Position numbers and translations under genes: made by a program | The notes under the pieces: model-generated | What the model saw: the letters and a program-made list of their open reading frames with translations, nothing else | Told to the model about the DNA's origin: nothing | The model's database searches: none | Assembly (NCBI RefSeq): GCF_052425735.1 | Contig: NC_135758.1 | Location: 35,774,001-35,838,000, forward strand | Source: Oculina patagonica | Lineage: Eukaryota | Direction of reading: 5' to 3' | DNA length: 64,000 bases | Shown here: piece by piece, positions 50,401 to 62,553 of the stretch | Position numbering within the stretch: position 1 is the first letter of the stretch | Layout of the letters: every line of letters starts with the position of its first letter

Positions 50401-53400
50401 AGCCCATAAAATCTCTCCCTTGCAGTTTACTGGCCTGACACTTCTGACTATGGTTAATTTTCTCACGCTCTTCCTACATCTTACAGACCACTGTCGTTTT
50501 AAAGAAATTAATAAATATTGAAAATTTATTTGGACAATATAGTTCTTCTCCAACCTCGTTCCCAGGGTCTCTCTCTTCCACTTCCTTACAAAACCTTCTA
50601 ATTACTCAAGTGTTCAAACCATCACAAAATCTCACCATTATGCCCCAATGATCTTAAAAATTGTATTTGGGTTACAATCCCAGACATCATTCTTGGGACA
50701 CTTGCTGTTTTTCCCACCTGAAACAAGAAATATCTGAGTAGTAATTCCCCCTCTCTCCCTTTCCAATGTCAAAAAAGCAATGCCTCCCATTACTGCGTAT
50801 TTTGCAACATTGTAACTGGGGAAGGGAGTCTCTCTTTAATAGTATTCGTAACGAATTGTTAAGTTATTTTTGTTAAATGGGGTGCCCCAAGTACTGGGAT
50901 TATAGGTAAAACACGCTCTCGGCTGTCCATTTCTTGAAATCGCATAACTCTAGCTACATGTTTATGATGGTTGGTTACGAGACCAATCTTTGGAAAAAGG
51001 CTTATTGGACCCTGTCTTTCTCTTGTGTGTTAATTAGGTTTTACAATGAACTTGGCCTTCCAGCCGGTAGAGAAACGACCATGCAGGGAAGAGATGGAGG
51101 CCCAACGTTAAATGTAATAAAGGGTTGGATTTCACTTAAAGGACGTGAAGCTACAGTTCAAGCTCTCCTCAGTGCTGTAAACCGTTCTGAGCGTAAAGAC
51201 TGTTCATATTGTCTGGAGAAAAGCCTGGGATGCCAACTGGACTGTGTTGATAGCCCCATTGAAAACTTGACTAAGGGAATGGGGTCACTGAGTAAGTAAA
51301 ATTAAGCAATCCTTTGTATAGCTGTTGGTTAACACAGTTGACTGGGAAAGAATTCCCTAACTATAGTTCTATTGAAGGTGGTTAAGAGTATTTTCGTGAT
51401 TCGTGAACGGCCTTATTTTCAGCTCCTGAAATGTGAAGTTATGGCTAGTTTTTTTATGTCCTATTATTTTCGACTTCCATCATTATGATTGTAATAAACA
51501 ATATTTCGTGAACGTGACAGGTCAATCGTCGATCCCTTTGAATTAATCTGTACCCTAAGAGCAAAGAGCGGACAGGTGGTGAAGATGTCATACAAGCAGT
51601 ACTTTGAACGTAATGTTTCAAAATCTCGCAACCTTTTGGAGATCGTGTTAATAAATGTCCCTCATTTTCAGTGAAACGTGAAATACTGCTGCTTAAACTA
51701 TCAGAGCTATTTGCCAGCAGAGCAAAGAGCAGACAGATGGTGAAGATGTCATACGAGGCAGTTCTTTGAACGTAACGTTTCAAAATCTCGCAAGTTATAG
51801 GAGATCGTGTCCCCAACTTAACATTGCAGCGAAAGTAACATGAACATTCCCGTTATTAACTGTAGTGTTGTTGTTTATTGTCGCTATTACCTACTATTGT
51901 GGTAGTTGTTATTTCTAATGTAAAGCCGCCTGTTTTTACGAGACTACCCTACAAAGGCACTTCAGGCTTCTTCAGCCCTATTTCTGTGAATATCACTGCA
52001 TAAACTGACAGTGTTACACATTTTACCTTCAACGTGAATTTTTTTTTAGTTTTGTTGTCTCTGTTGTCCCTCGCGACACTCACGTGTTGTGTTGTAAGTG
52101 GATTTACGATGGCCTTCCTAATCTTTGCAGGCCCCCGAGAAGTGAAATTCTTCGGAGATCTTAATGACAGTGAAGCTTCATTAATTTCAAGTAAACTGGG
52201 GCCGAATGCAAAGGCACTGTTGAGAAAGGAACTTGGAAACAGTAATATACCCACCAAGGACCTCATACTGCAGAGTAAGAACTATCCAATCCGCAGATAC
52301 ACGGATTTGGTACCGAGCAGTGACAGAGAAACAGCTATAAAGGTGTTAAGGGAAGCATTACCAACGTTTAAAGGTGTTACGGGTGAGTGATTGCGGGAGT
52401 GATAAGCTACGACTTAAGTCCGAGCCAAACGAGGATAAGAGTTGATGAGAGTTGACTCTCATGGGGGCTAAACGAGAACGAGAGTCCGTCAAACTCTCCG
52501 ATCGACTCTCATGAAAAATTTAAGCATGTTCAAGGTCGATGATAGTCGATGAGAGTGCGTGAGAGTCGATGAGAGTGTGTGAGAGTTTCAGGCCAAACGA
52601 GAGCCAGAGTTTGAACTCTTGTCAACTCCCATCCTCGTTTGGCCCGGGCTTTACGACTTTTAGCCAGTATTACGAAGTCATGCTATCGTACCTTTATTTT
52701 TCCTGTTTCTTGTCAAACCACTATGATAGCTATCTCAAATGTCCAGTGTGGTAAGCAGATTATGAGGAATGTTCAAGCTTTTTTGTAGTTTTTGGGCTTC
52801 ATCAGCTATTTCAGCCTTATATTCGGCCTCCTTTTAGCCTGTAAAGCTGGTGGTTCTTATCGCGCCATGACAAAATGGTGACGAAAAATTCCGCATACGT
52901 GAAAGTGAGTACTTTTTGCGTTTGTTGCAGGTGAACATAAGATATGTTTTCAAATTTCTGATGGATTTATTCATAATTCAAAAACAGAATCAGAATCAAT
53001 AGCAAGTTGCCTTTGCCGTTTGCGCCAGCGCTGTAGCGTAGTTTTTATTATTAATCTCTAAGTAATTTCGAGGCCATGAAAACGGTCAGAGGAAATTAAA
53101 TGAACCGTTTACAGCGTCGCTGCTTTTTTTCGGTTTTTTTGCTTGTTATTCAAGCAAAAAAAGGAGATATGTGGACAACTAATTCCCTCTCTTCCCGCAT
53201 ATTTGTTCACTCTCAGGGGACTGCTTTAATTTCTCAAGGGAATACTTTCCGCTGTGGGTGATCAAAGCGCGTGACTTGTAAAGTGTCACTCTATAGTTGT
53301 GCTTCAACACTTCGTTCTTGTACAAAAAACGTGACTTATATAACAAAACGTTAAACGTTATATAACAATTAAAAACGTTAAACGTTAAACGTTATATAAC

Positions 53401-55090
53401 AATTAAAAACGTGAGTAGCCCAAATCTTACGTGACATAACCAATTAAGAATGTGAGGGGTTCAGCGCTCGAAGGCAACGAAGTTTAAACGATTAGGAACG
53501 CAATTTGTACTGGTACAAGTCTTTAGGCGCTAATATTAATTTAACCTAAAACAATTAACAACGCAAATTTGTACTGATACAAGTCTTTCACACACTAAAA
53601 CGTTGCAAATAGTTAACCAAAGGGAATTCATTTCGTGACAATTGATTATTTCTGCTGAGTTGCACAATTTAGAATTGCAACATCATTCAATGCAGGTGTG
53701 AAGTGATGTTTACAAGTGATTTTGTAGCCATTTGTGAAATTACTTCCGGTGGAAGCAGTAAACGCTAAAAGTTTTTGCTTCTATCAGAAGTTAATGCATC
53801 GCCATTAGAAAACAAAATAAACAGCAACTGTTTTACTGGAAATGTAGTCGTTAGAAATGGCATGTGTAGCCGTAAGGGAAAGAATAACGCGAGGAGAAAC
53901 GGCTTTTGGTAATATCCAAACGAAAATTTTCTTTTCAATGTGGGGTTAAGATTGCGTGACGAGACAAAAGGTAACTCTGTCATGGTAACCTTTATCGGGA
54001 ACCCGTTAGAAATCTTTCTAACTCGAAAGGAAACAACTATTTCGATTAAAGGCAAACGTCAAAGTTTACCATTTTTAACCAAGCCAAAGTATATGAGTCG
54101 CAAAGCGCCCAGCCGTCGCGACTGACAAATACAGCATTTCCTCCGCGAAAATAAAACTGAAAGACGTTTGAATTCTTCCATGATATGTTCGAACAACAAT
54201 GCCCAGGATAAACCTTCTACTCATACTAACTTCATGCAAAAAAAGTCGATGTCTCGAAGAGATCTTTAATTAGGGAAAGGGGAGGGTTTAAGGAACAATG
54301 CGCAGTAAGGAAATAGGGTAAGCAAATTGAAGATCACTTGGGAGATAACTTGTTTACTTGTTTATTTGAATTGATTTGATTTTGAATTTTTTTTTTTAGG
54401 TCCAATGCTTTCGCCTATTACATTCATAAGAGAAGTTGGTTACACTTTCCGCAGAAATCTGACAAGAAACTTGTGCGGTACGTACCAATTTAATATCCTT
54501 CGTTTATTTCCGGCAAATACACAATCAATGCTGTAAAAAAACACCTGACCTTACTGATACCAAGTCGCGTTCCCGAGAGTGTCCTTTATAAACGGAGTTG
54601 AATCGAACTCGTATTTTGTGTTAGTTGGGTAAGGGACGCTTTCAAATAAACTTGCATCAACATACTGATGTCACAGTCGTTAACATTAAAACATTGTACC
54701 TTGCCAGTGTACTTTGAAACTGTAAACTGACGCAAACAGTTTTCCAAGAGTGGTCGTATAATTTTTCATGCATTTTATATATTTTTCTGATTGGATAAAA
54801 ATCAGTCGGAACTCTTCGCGTACCTTGGTAGTACGAAGTATCGTCAAACCCTTGTAGTCGTTGTAATTAATTTTGTCTAATTGTTATTTTTAGCTGACGA
54901 CCACTGGAAGTTCTTAGCCGAGAGACTTGGAATGGACAACAATTCAATCAAATACCTTGACTCCAAAAGGGTTGAAAATCCCGCCGATGAGGTCTTGAGA
55001 TATTGGGAGGTCAAAGCCAATAGCACCGTGGGAGCACTGTATGACATTCTAGTGGATATAGGATGTCCGTTCATTGCAGATCTTCTTTAA
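47428..55090 (+). CDS. Multi-death-fold adaptor (CARD-CARD-linker-DD-divergent DD-DD), 8 exons, ~528 aa
   Basis: Exons 47428-47722, 48417-48704, 49448-49504, 49631-49796, 51038-51291, 52131-52382, 54400-54477, 54894-55090; GT-AG, frame-consistent (1587 nt). CARDs with RKGPNAF / PRRGPTAF; DDs with WKRFYNELG...PT...W...ATVQALL and WKFLAERLG...P...LRYW...STVGALY. Confidence 0.8.
51558..51810. repeat. Intronic direct duplication (~90-bp unit, ~160-bp spacing)
   Basis: agagcaaagagc...ggtgaagatgtcatac...tttcaaaatctcgcaa...ggagatcgtgt occurs twice. Confidence 0.75.
52416..52651. mobile_element. MITE with gatgagag repeats
   Basis: Termini aagtccgagccaaacgagga / tcctcgtttggcccgggctt; flanked by tacgactt on both sides. 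Confidence 0.75.
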
Positions 55091-55746
55091 GAAATCAACT
55101 GGGAATACAAGAACGCTTTTAGATTGCACTCCCGAGTCTGCAGTCTTCGTGCGATGCGGTCTTCGTCTTTGAAGTTGCTAAGCAACGTGACCTATGCGTG
55201 TGATGTCATGATGATGTGACAACTTCCGTAGAACCTGGCTCAGTGCTTGCCCAATTTTTAGACTGATTGGTGATTTAGGGCCTGACTAAACCCCGGACTA
55301 AGCTTGGAAACATTCCTGCGAAAATAAATGTTTCCTAGTCTGCCCGGCCCGCGGAAAAACATATTTCGAAAATGTGTTTCTTGTATTAAAAAAAAAAAAC
55401 ATTTTTTTCTTTTACTCTAAAACAGTTGTTTCCGTACAAGTATTTCAGCGTTAACGTTTTCAAGGAGTCGAATCTCTTCGTGAAGGAACAATTCTTCCAA
55501 AACTATACTTCTGAGTTAACGCTGACATCAATTACGTTAACAGCGAAAATTTGATAGGTTCATCGAATGTGTCAGTGGTAGTCAGTGAAATGATTAGCTC
55601 GTGAATGCAGCCCTATTACTCTGCACCAGTAGACATAAACAAAAAACAAAAACCAGCGCGATAAACGATGAAAAACGTCGAACCGCTGTTGAGCCGGACC
55701 AAATGCATTGGAGCCAATTTTATCGGCTAAAACATTGGTCGGGGTA

Positions 55747-56083
55747 CAGTAAAAACCCGCGTATAAGAACACCTATTTTGGCGGTTACTGATTTGTTCTT
55801 ATATAAAGGGTTATAATCTGCAAAATCGGCCTGTAAGTGTTCTTAAGTGTTCTTAAAAAAGTTTCTTAAAATAAGGAACAACTAGGCTACCAAAGATGAA
55901 ATCAATATATATCACAATATTTTAATTTAATAAAAATAAAATCAAGGCAATACTGTACTGTAATGGGGTGGAATAATGTGCAAGGAGTATGTTGATCTTT
56001 GATATTTTTCCATATAAGAACAACTTTCATTTTTCAGGCCTGGGTGTTCTTAATCCACTTTTCTTATACGCGGGTTTTTACTG
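55747..56083. mobile_element. Tc1/mariner(pogo)-type MITE, copy 2
   Basis: TA|cagtaaaaacccgcgtataagaa...ttcttatacgcgggtttttactg|TA. Confidence 0.88.
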
Positions 56084-57142
56084 TATTTTTAACTATTCAT
56101 CTCTACGGTCAACCTGTAAATTTGTTTCGGCTCAACGAAAAGGTTGTTTCCAACCCCAGATAGATTTCAGGAACTGTTGTATTTCTTTAGATTGGAATGC
56201 ATCTACTTAGTTTTAACTTATTAACTTGCGATCGTCTATTAGCCGATCGTCATTGATGATAAACCAGACCCTCAGATACGTTTCAGTTCATAGTTGTATG
56301 TAAAAATTTCGTGATCGCAGAGTGCAAGTACAGAGGTTTTTTGTAGAACCAAAAAAATTAACCCGGGGGGGGGGGGGGGGGGCTTAAACTACATGCCATT
56401 GATCGAAATGATTGCAATGCATCTGACTTTTTCGTTCTAGAAAAAGATGAGATTTAAAAAAATGCTTTGGTGCAGCAAATGAAAGCACTCCTCGTATAGT
56501 GTTTAATTAGAAATGTAAAATATTCACAAGGCCATGGAAAATGCTTTGCTTTTAAATGCCTTGTATTAAAGAATTCGACACTTGTAATTGTGTTGGAAGT
56601 CAGTTATATTTTATGCTAGCTTATTATGGCTGTATAACGTGTGTCGTTGGATGTCTGTAGCTAGTCCTTTTGGCTCTGAAAACGCAACTTTCAAATTACG
56701 TTGCATTCTGTTCTCAACTGATAAAAATAATAGAAAACTAGTAAAATCATAGAGCTGAACTATCGTTCTCTAATACAGCCACTGCATGGAGTGCGTATAG
56801 GCAAATCCGCAGTTATAAGTACTTATGTTATTTGCCACACCGGCCGCTCTCCAGTTTCTTTAAACTTAGTCCTCGTGTTTCCATCAGGCTTTGTAAACGC
56901 GCGCGTTTTTAGAATCTTTAATGTTAACATTTTGTCTGTATCATGAAATCGTTTAGCTATAGATGTAAAATGATATTCATAATAAAATAAACCGTTTGAA
57001 ATGCTCTTGAAGGTTTTTTTTACAAGGGTTTTGGTAATACAAAGACAAAATTCGTTTCTGAGTCTTCATGACATTGTCACTCCTCACTGCGAAACCATTA
57101 AATTTTCTCATACATTTTTAATCATTTTTTATGTCTCCATAA

Positions 57143-57334
57143 AGCCTGGTTTTCACTAGCGACGCAAGCACAAGCACAAGCGCGATCACGCAAAAAGGAC
57201 AAATTTTGATCCTTGTGCTTGCCGCAAGCACAAGTATGCGCTTGTGCTTTTGCTTGAGTCGAAGCCTTTTTCACGGAGAAATAAGACCTGTTATCCTTGC
57301 GCTTGTGCTTGCGTCGCTTGTGAAAACCATGCTT
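57143..57334. mobile_element. Harbinger-like MITE
   Basis: agcctggttttcactagcgacgcaagcacaagc mirrored by gcttgtgcttgcgtcgcttgtgaaaaccatgct. Confidence 0.75.
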
Positions 57335-57400
57335 AAGAATGTTTTCTGTCGATTTTCGCAAAAGAATTGGCTCTTTATCCAGCCACGTTAACCAATATTA

Positions 57401-57636
57401 CCGTATTTTCTCGATTAGACGCCCCCGGCGTTTATTTCAAACTTGGCCTATTTGACTTCGCAGATTATCGAACCCGATTTCCACAAGCAATGGTTTTATT
57501 CGTTATTTTTGACAAAAATGTATAAAGCTAATATGCCTACAGCTTATTATACCTTAAATAAATACCTGAGGGGCCCATTTCAACTTAATCTGGAGACCCG
57601 GCGTTTCGAACCCGGCGTTTAATCGAGAAAATACGG
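57401..57636. mobile_element. TA-flanked MITE
   Basis: TIR ccgtattttctcgatta; TA on both sides. Confidence 0.85.
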
Positions 57637-57828
57637 TAATCATATACAGCATTTTCATTTATTTGAATTCTCGCGCCCTAAACTTTTTTTCTGGTGTTCA
57701 GCAATACTGCTATCCGTATTTTTCACTTTATATTTTCGACCTGTTTTTGGAAACCAAACCTCCTACGGATAAGCTTTCTGCACAACTTTGTTCCATTGTC
57801 GAGTCCTTCAAGTGTTTTAAATCATGGC

Positions 57829-58371
57829 TAGGGCTTTCCACAAGTTGCTCGAAATTATTCAAAAAGTTGCTCGAAGGTTCTGGTAAAGGTGCTCGAAAGT
57901 TGCTACAAAAATCCAAAAAAAAGTTGCTCGAAAGTTGCCGCAAAAAATCGTAAACGCTGCTTTTTATCAAGAACATTTCAGATTTCTAAGCAGTTTCATG
58001 CAATTTCACTGCAACAGAAGTATCTAAATAACATTTTAAGGCAAAATTTGTCGAATTAGAAGGATTTATTTCGATTCACTGAGAAAAATAGTGAAGATAT
58101 CAATGACGTTATGTTTGCTGACTAATTTTGTAATGCTTTTATGGGTAATGAGTCGAAAGTCGAAAGGTCTTCGGAGCCCGCGAATCTTCGGCAAACTTCG
58201 TTAATCTTCGGAAACGTTCGTATGGCCTCGGACAACACTCCTACATCTTCGGAGATCTTCGGTTTAGAAATTGTTAAAAATGCAACAATTTGCTCGAATA
58301 GTGAAAAAGTTGCTTACAGGGGAAAAAGTTGCTCGAAATATGAAAAGTTGCCAAAAAGTTGCCGAGCCCTA
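57829..58371. mobile_element. hAT-type MITE
   Basis: TAGGGCT...AGCCCTA termini; 8-bp TSD atcatggc (57821-57828, 58372-58379); subterminal aagttgctcgaa repeats. Confidence 0.88.
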
Positions 58372-59503
58372 ATCATGGCCATATTTGACAAGTGCACGTG
58401 ACGTGACGGGAATAGAGAAAACCCTGAGAAAACCCTAAAATTGAAAGGGTATATTCGGATCTAAAAAGTTAAAATCAGTGCCAACAGATTAAGAATGCCC
58501 ACATTCCTTATGCTTCTTATGGTTTTTTATGAAATTCGCTTTATTATAAAAGTTATAGCGTAATAAAAACCCATATAGACTTCTATAGACAGACTTTCTT
58601 CAGTAGCATTCCATTCTTTGCACGTAAAACGGTAATTCCCTACGTCTGATTTTGAAGAAGGCTATGTTATGACTTATTCTTTAAAAAATATTGGAACTCT
58701 GCTTTCTTTTTTCCAAGTTTCAGGGATTTTACATTTTGGCGCGCGGTTTTGGACTGGCACTAGTTAGGCGCGCGCAATATAGACTTATTCAATGCAGTTG
58801 TCCTCCCCACCAAAAATTCGCCATTAAACATTACCAAACGCTCCAAAATGGCTTGCCACCAAAACCCCTTTAATCAATTCCCTAGTAACTGCTGTAGATC
58901 TGTAGTTAAGAAGGACCCCCTTAAACGGTCAATAGTCAAATAACTAAATAGCGCGTGGCGTAGAGTGCGAGCTAGCCATGACGTTTAATGTTATTGATTA
59001 CGTCAGACGAATTACAAACGTGATTCAATAAAGTTTACTTTAGTTTGCGTCTTTGGTAATCAGGAAATACACTATCAGTGGACATCGTTAAGGATTTCGA
59101 ACCAGATTGATTGAAAAGCTTTTTTTAAGAAAACGACTATTCCCTACAGTTGAATAACAGGTAATGTGCAAAGTATAAATGTAACTTCCAACCATTTTCG
59201 CTACTATGAAATGGCTAATTTAAATTGCCGAGCTAAACTCACTTGACTTTTATTCAGATTGTCAAAATAGTAAAAACTGATTAATAAATTTCTTTATGAA
59301 GCAAATTTTAATTCATGAAGTCGTCGACGGAAAAAGCGCATTTATATGACCAGAAATAAATTTAAATGTTGCTACGTATTAGTTTTCCAGGACTTGTCAT
59401 TTTTGCAAAAGCTTTAAGGAAGCGTGGCTTTTGTTTTAAATTACTATTTTTCAAACAAAATTAATTTTCATTATTTTATTTTCCTCCCTAGCGTTTTGTC
59501 GTC

Positions 59504-60097
59504 ATGACCTGGGTCGAAGATATCGATTCCATGTTTCCGTGGGCGACAAGCAACCTACGAGCAATGTATGAACGCGTTGTCAGCTTGAAGGACTGCCAAG
59601 TAATGCGTGCACTCAGACAAACCAAGCAATTTATTGAGAACCATCCACTCATCTCACTGTTCCTAGCCATCTTAGTTATCATTGGTTTTCTACCATTCTT
59701 CGTGTTCCTGGCCTTTGTATCAAGCTCGTTCGTGGTAGTCTCAATGAGTGCGCTAGCACTACTTGGGGGATCATTTGTGGTGGCGTTCTTCTCATTTCTC
59801 GTTGTTCTCTCCCCATTGCTGGTCTTTGGAGGCATACTGGCAGTCTTCGTTTACCTTACATTCCGTTTTGCAATGAGAATACTGCAAGTCTTCAAGCAAC
59901 TGAAATACAAGCTGTACGTATCTCGGCATTCAAGACGTCATCCTCGTTGTAAAGAATCAATCCAATTTGTTGACTGTCAAGTTGAACCGGCAAGCTTCCC
60001 GGTAGAATACGAACATTCTTTTATCACAGCAACTAATGAAGAACTGTCCAGGGAGGAGGAATCCCTGAACAGTCACTCTTCTTATCTCAGTTACTAG
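59504..60097 (+). CDS. LDAF1: Promethin / lipid droplet assembly factor 1-like membrane protein, 197 aa
   Basis: FIENHPLISLFL...LPFFVFL followed by a ~70-aa uninterrupted hydrophobic double hairpin, the promethin (TMEM159) pattern; likely 5'-UTR intron 59161-59491. Confidence 0.65.
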   Translation: MTWVEDIDSMFPWATSNLRAMYERVVSLKDCQVMRALRQTKQFIENHPLISLFLAILVIIGFLPFFVFLAFVSSSFVVVSMSALALLGGSFVVAFFSFLVVLSPLLVFGGILAVFVYLTFRFAMRILQVFKQLKYKLYVSRHSRRHPRCKESIQFVDCQVEPASFPVEYEHSFITATNEELSREEESLNSHSSYLSY

Positions 60098-62173
60098 CAC
60101 AAGAAAATTTCGATAATAAGGACCCTCTTTCCCCATCCCTCCCCCCAAAAAAATTAGAGCCCATCCCCTTACCCCCCAAACCTCAGGCACAAAAATCAGT
60201 AATATCCGTAATCCCCCCCCCCCCCCACCCGAAAAAAGCCCCTAAACTAATAAGTGATGATGAAATGACGTGTGTTTTATGAAAGAAGAACTCAGAAAAA
60301 AATTCTGAGGATTACCCAATGCTATTTCTGAGGATAGCCCATTGCTATTTCTAAAAAAATCTAATACTTCTCCCCTTCCCAAAAATTAACCCCTTCCCTC
60401 AAATCCCAGAAGGGGCTTATTATCGGAGTTTTACAGTGCTATAATTGATTTATCAAGTGTTTTTTTTTCGGAAATACATATCCTTTCTTTAATAGTCTTG
60501 TGATAAGAAAACATAGAAACAGGAATTTAAATAAATACTTTATTTGGTTTGACATTTGCTTGGTTTACTGCAAATTTAGGCGAGATTGTACTACTGTGGG
60601 AGTTTGTCACTGGTGAGGAGATGATCACATTTCAGGCTATACACGATATCAATCCATGCTTGTTTGATATTTGTCACTTTGTCATTGGCGACAGTGCGCA
60701 TGTACCAACTCTTCTGCCCAATCAGTAATCCTTTATGGGGTAGCATGATTTTAAAATATCAGTCTACATCACTCTTACAGTAGTACAGTAGGCGATTGCC
60801 TAAAAATTCGACTCTGTGATCCTATCCCGTATGGCCCTATTCTCCCAGAGGAGAGTTAGGATTAAGAAGAAGATCCTATCTCGTAGTCATGATACGCCGC
60901 TTTCCTCCACATGGGAGTTTTCTGAGGCGCAAGCTAGTAACAACAACAACAACAACAATCTTTATTTCGTGCCCAGAAAAATTTTTCAATAGACAAAAAG
61001 CGATACCGTTTGAGACATGTTTTGAGTATTCCCTTGGCCCTTTGCTCCCTGCCGAAAACGCAAGAAGCATCTATTTAGCTGGGCAGGTCGACCCACTAGG
61101 AACCTCGGGACGAGGTTGGCATGCACACCAGGCGGTTTTGATATGATAAGAGGACGATTTCTATTTTTCTATTTTTGCTGCTATTACCACTCAAACTACT
61201 ACTACAAGAAGTGAAATAAAACTTCCAAAAGGCGTATTGCTATCGGCTTCTGTCCTGGCGGAGAGCCAGCTTTACTGGAACTGACTCTTTTTAGATAAAT
61301 AGATAGTTTATGATATTTATAGACAGTTTTTGCCTAATATCGCCTAGCCTGCGAACAGGCTCTCTCTTCGACAGTGTTTTTCGGGAGCAACGAAACTCGC
61401 GCCTTCGGCACTCGCTTCGATTCGTTGCTTTCGAAGCGCGTACGTTGCCCCCGAAGAGAGTGCCTGCTCGCAGGCTGAATATCGCCGTTTGAAGAAAGAA
61501 GGTTTAAAGCATAACAACAGATCAGAGAGTTCCGACATCTATCTCTTCACTTTACATTCATTGACTGACAACGGTACTTGCAGTTTCGAATGGAAATTAA
61601 GCGAAATTAGCTATTTCATGACAAATATAGAAATCGCTAAATGATTTTGCTTTGAAGTCGAGTTTCAGCAAAATGTCTTAAATCAAAGAAAGTGATAAAT
61701 ATAAATAGTCCCTGAAACTTACCATATATAAATCACTTAATTAAATTTAATAGCCGCTAAAAATAGCAACCTCATATGCGGTGTGCTATTTCCTTGTTTC
61801 AAATTCCTAGAAAGCACTTTGGCTGTTCAACATGTAATAATGAAAGAAAATATTTCCGTCCATCTGTTTCCAGATGTCAGAGATTTGTTTTCACTGAAAT
61901 ACTGTTTCCTTTAAACAATAACAAATAGTTTAAATTTATTATACAAGTTTCCCGAAAAGGCTTTTCCAGAGTTACAAAGGAGCAGGACAGGAACAAGCGA
62001 GAAGACTGTTGCCGAGTGCGCTGATTGGAGCGGAAGTAATTTTTGAATCTATCACTTCCGCTGTAAAACAGAGAGCATTGTGGGATCTTCCAGACAGATG
62101 TCGATGTTTTGATGTTGTGAAAATGTCGTCGGCGGGTTGGAGAAGAAAACACAATCTTATGAGCCCGGGATAA

Positions 62174-62553
<380 letters not shown>

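Noticed and set aside
43155-54270. Possible Kolobok-like element ends near 43160 and 54243-54268
   Set aside because: Similar single termini seen, but matching partner ends and TSDs could not be established.
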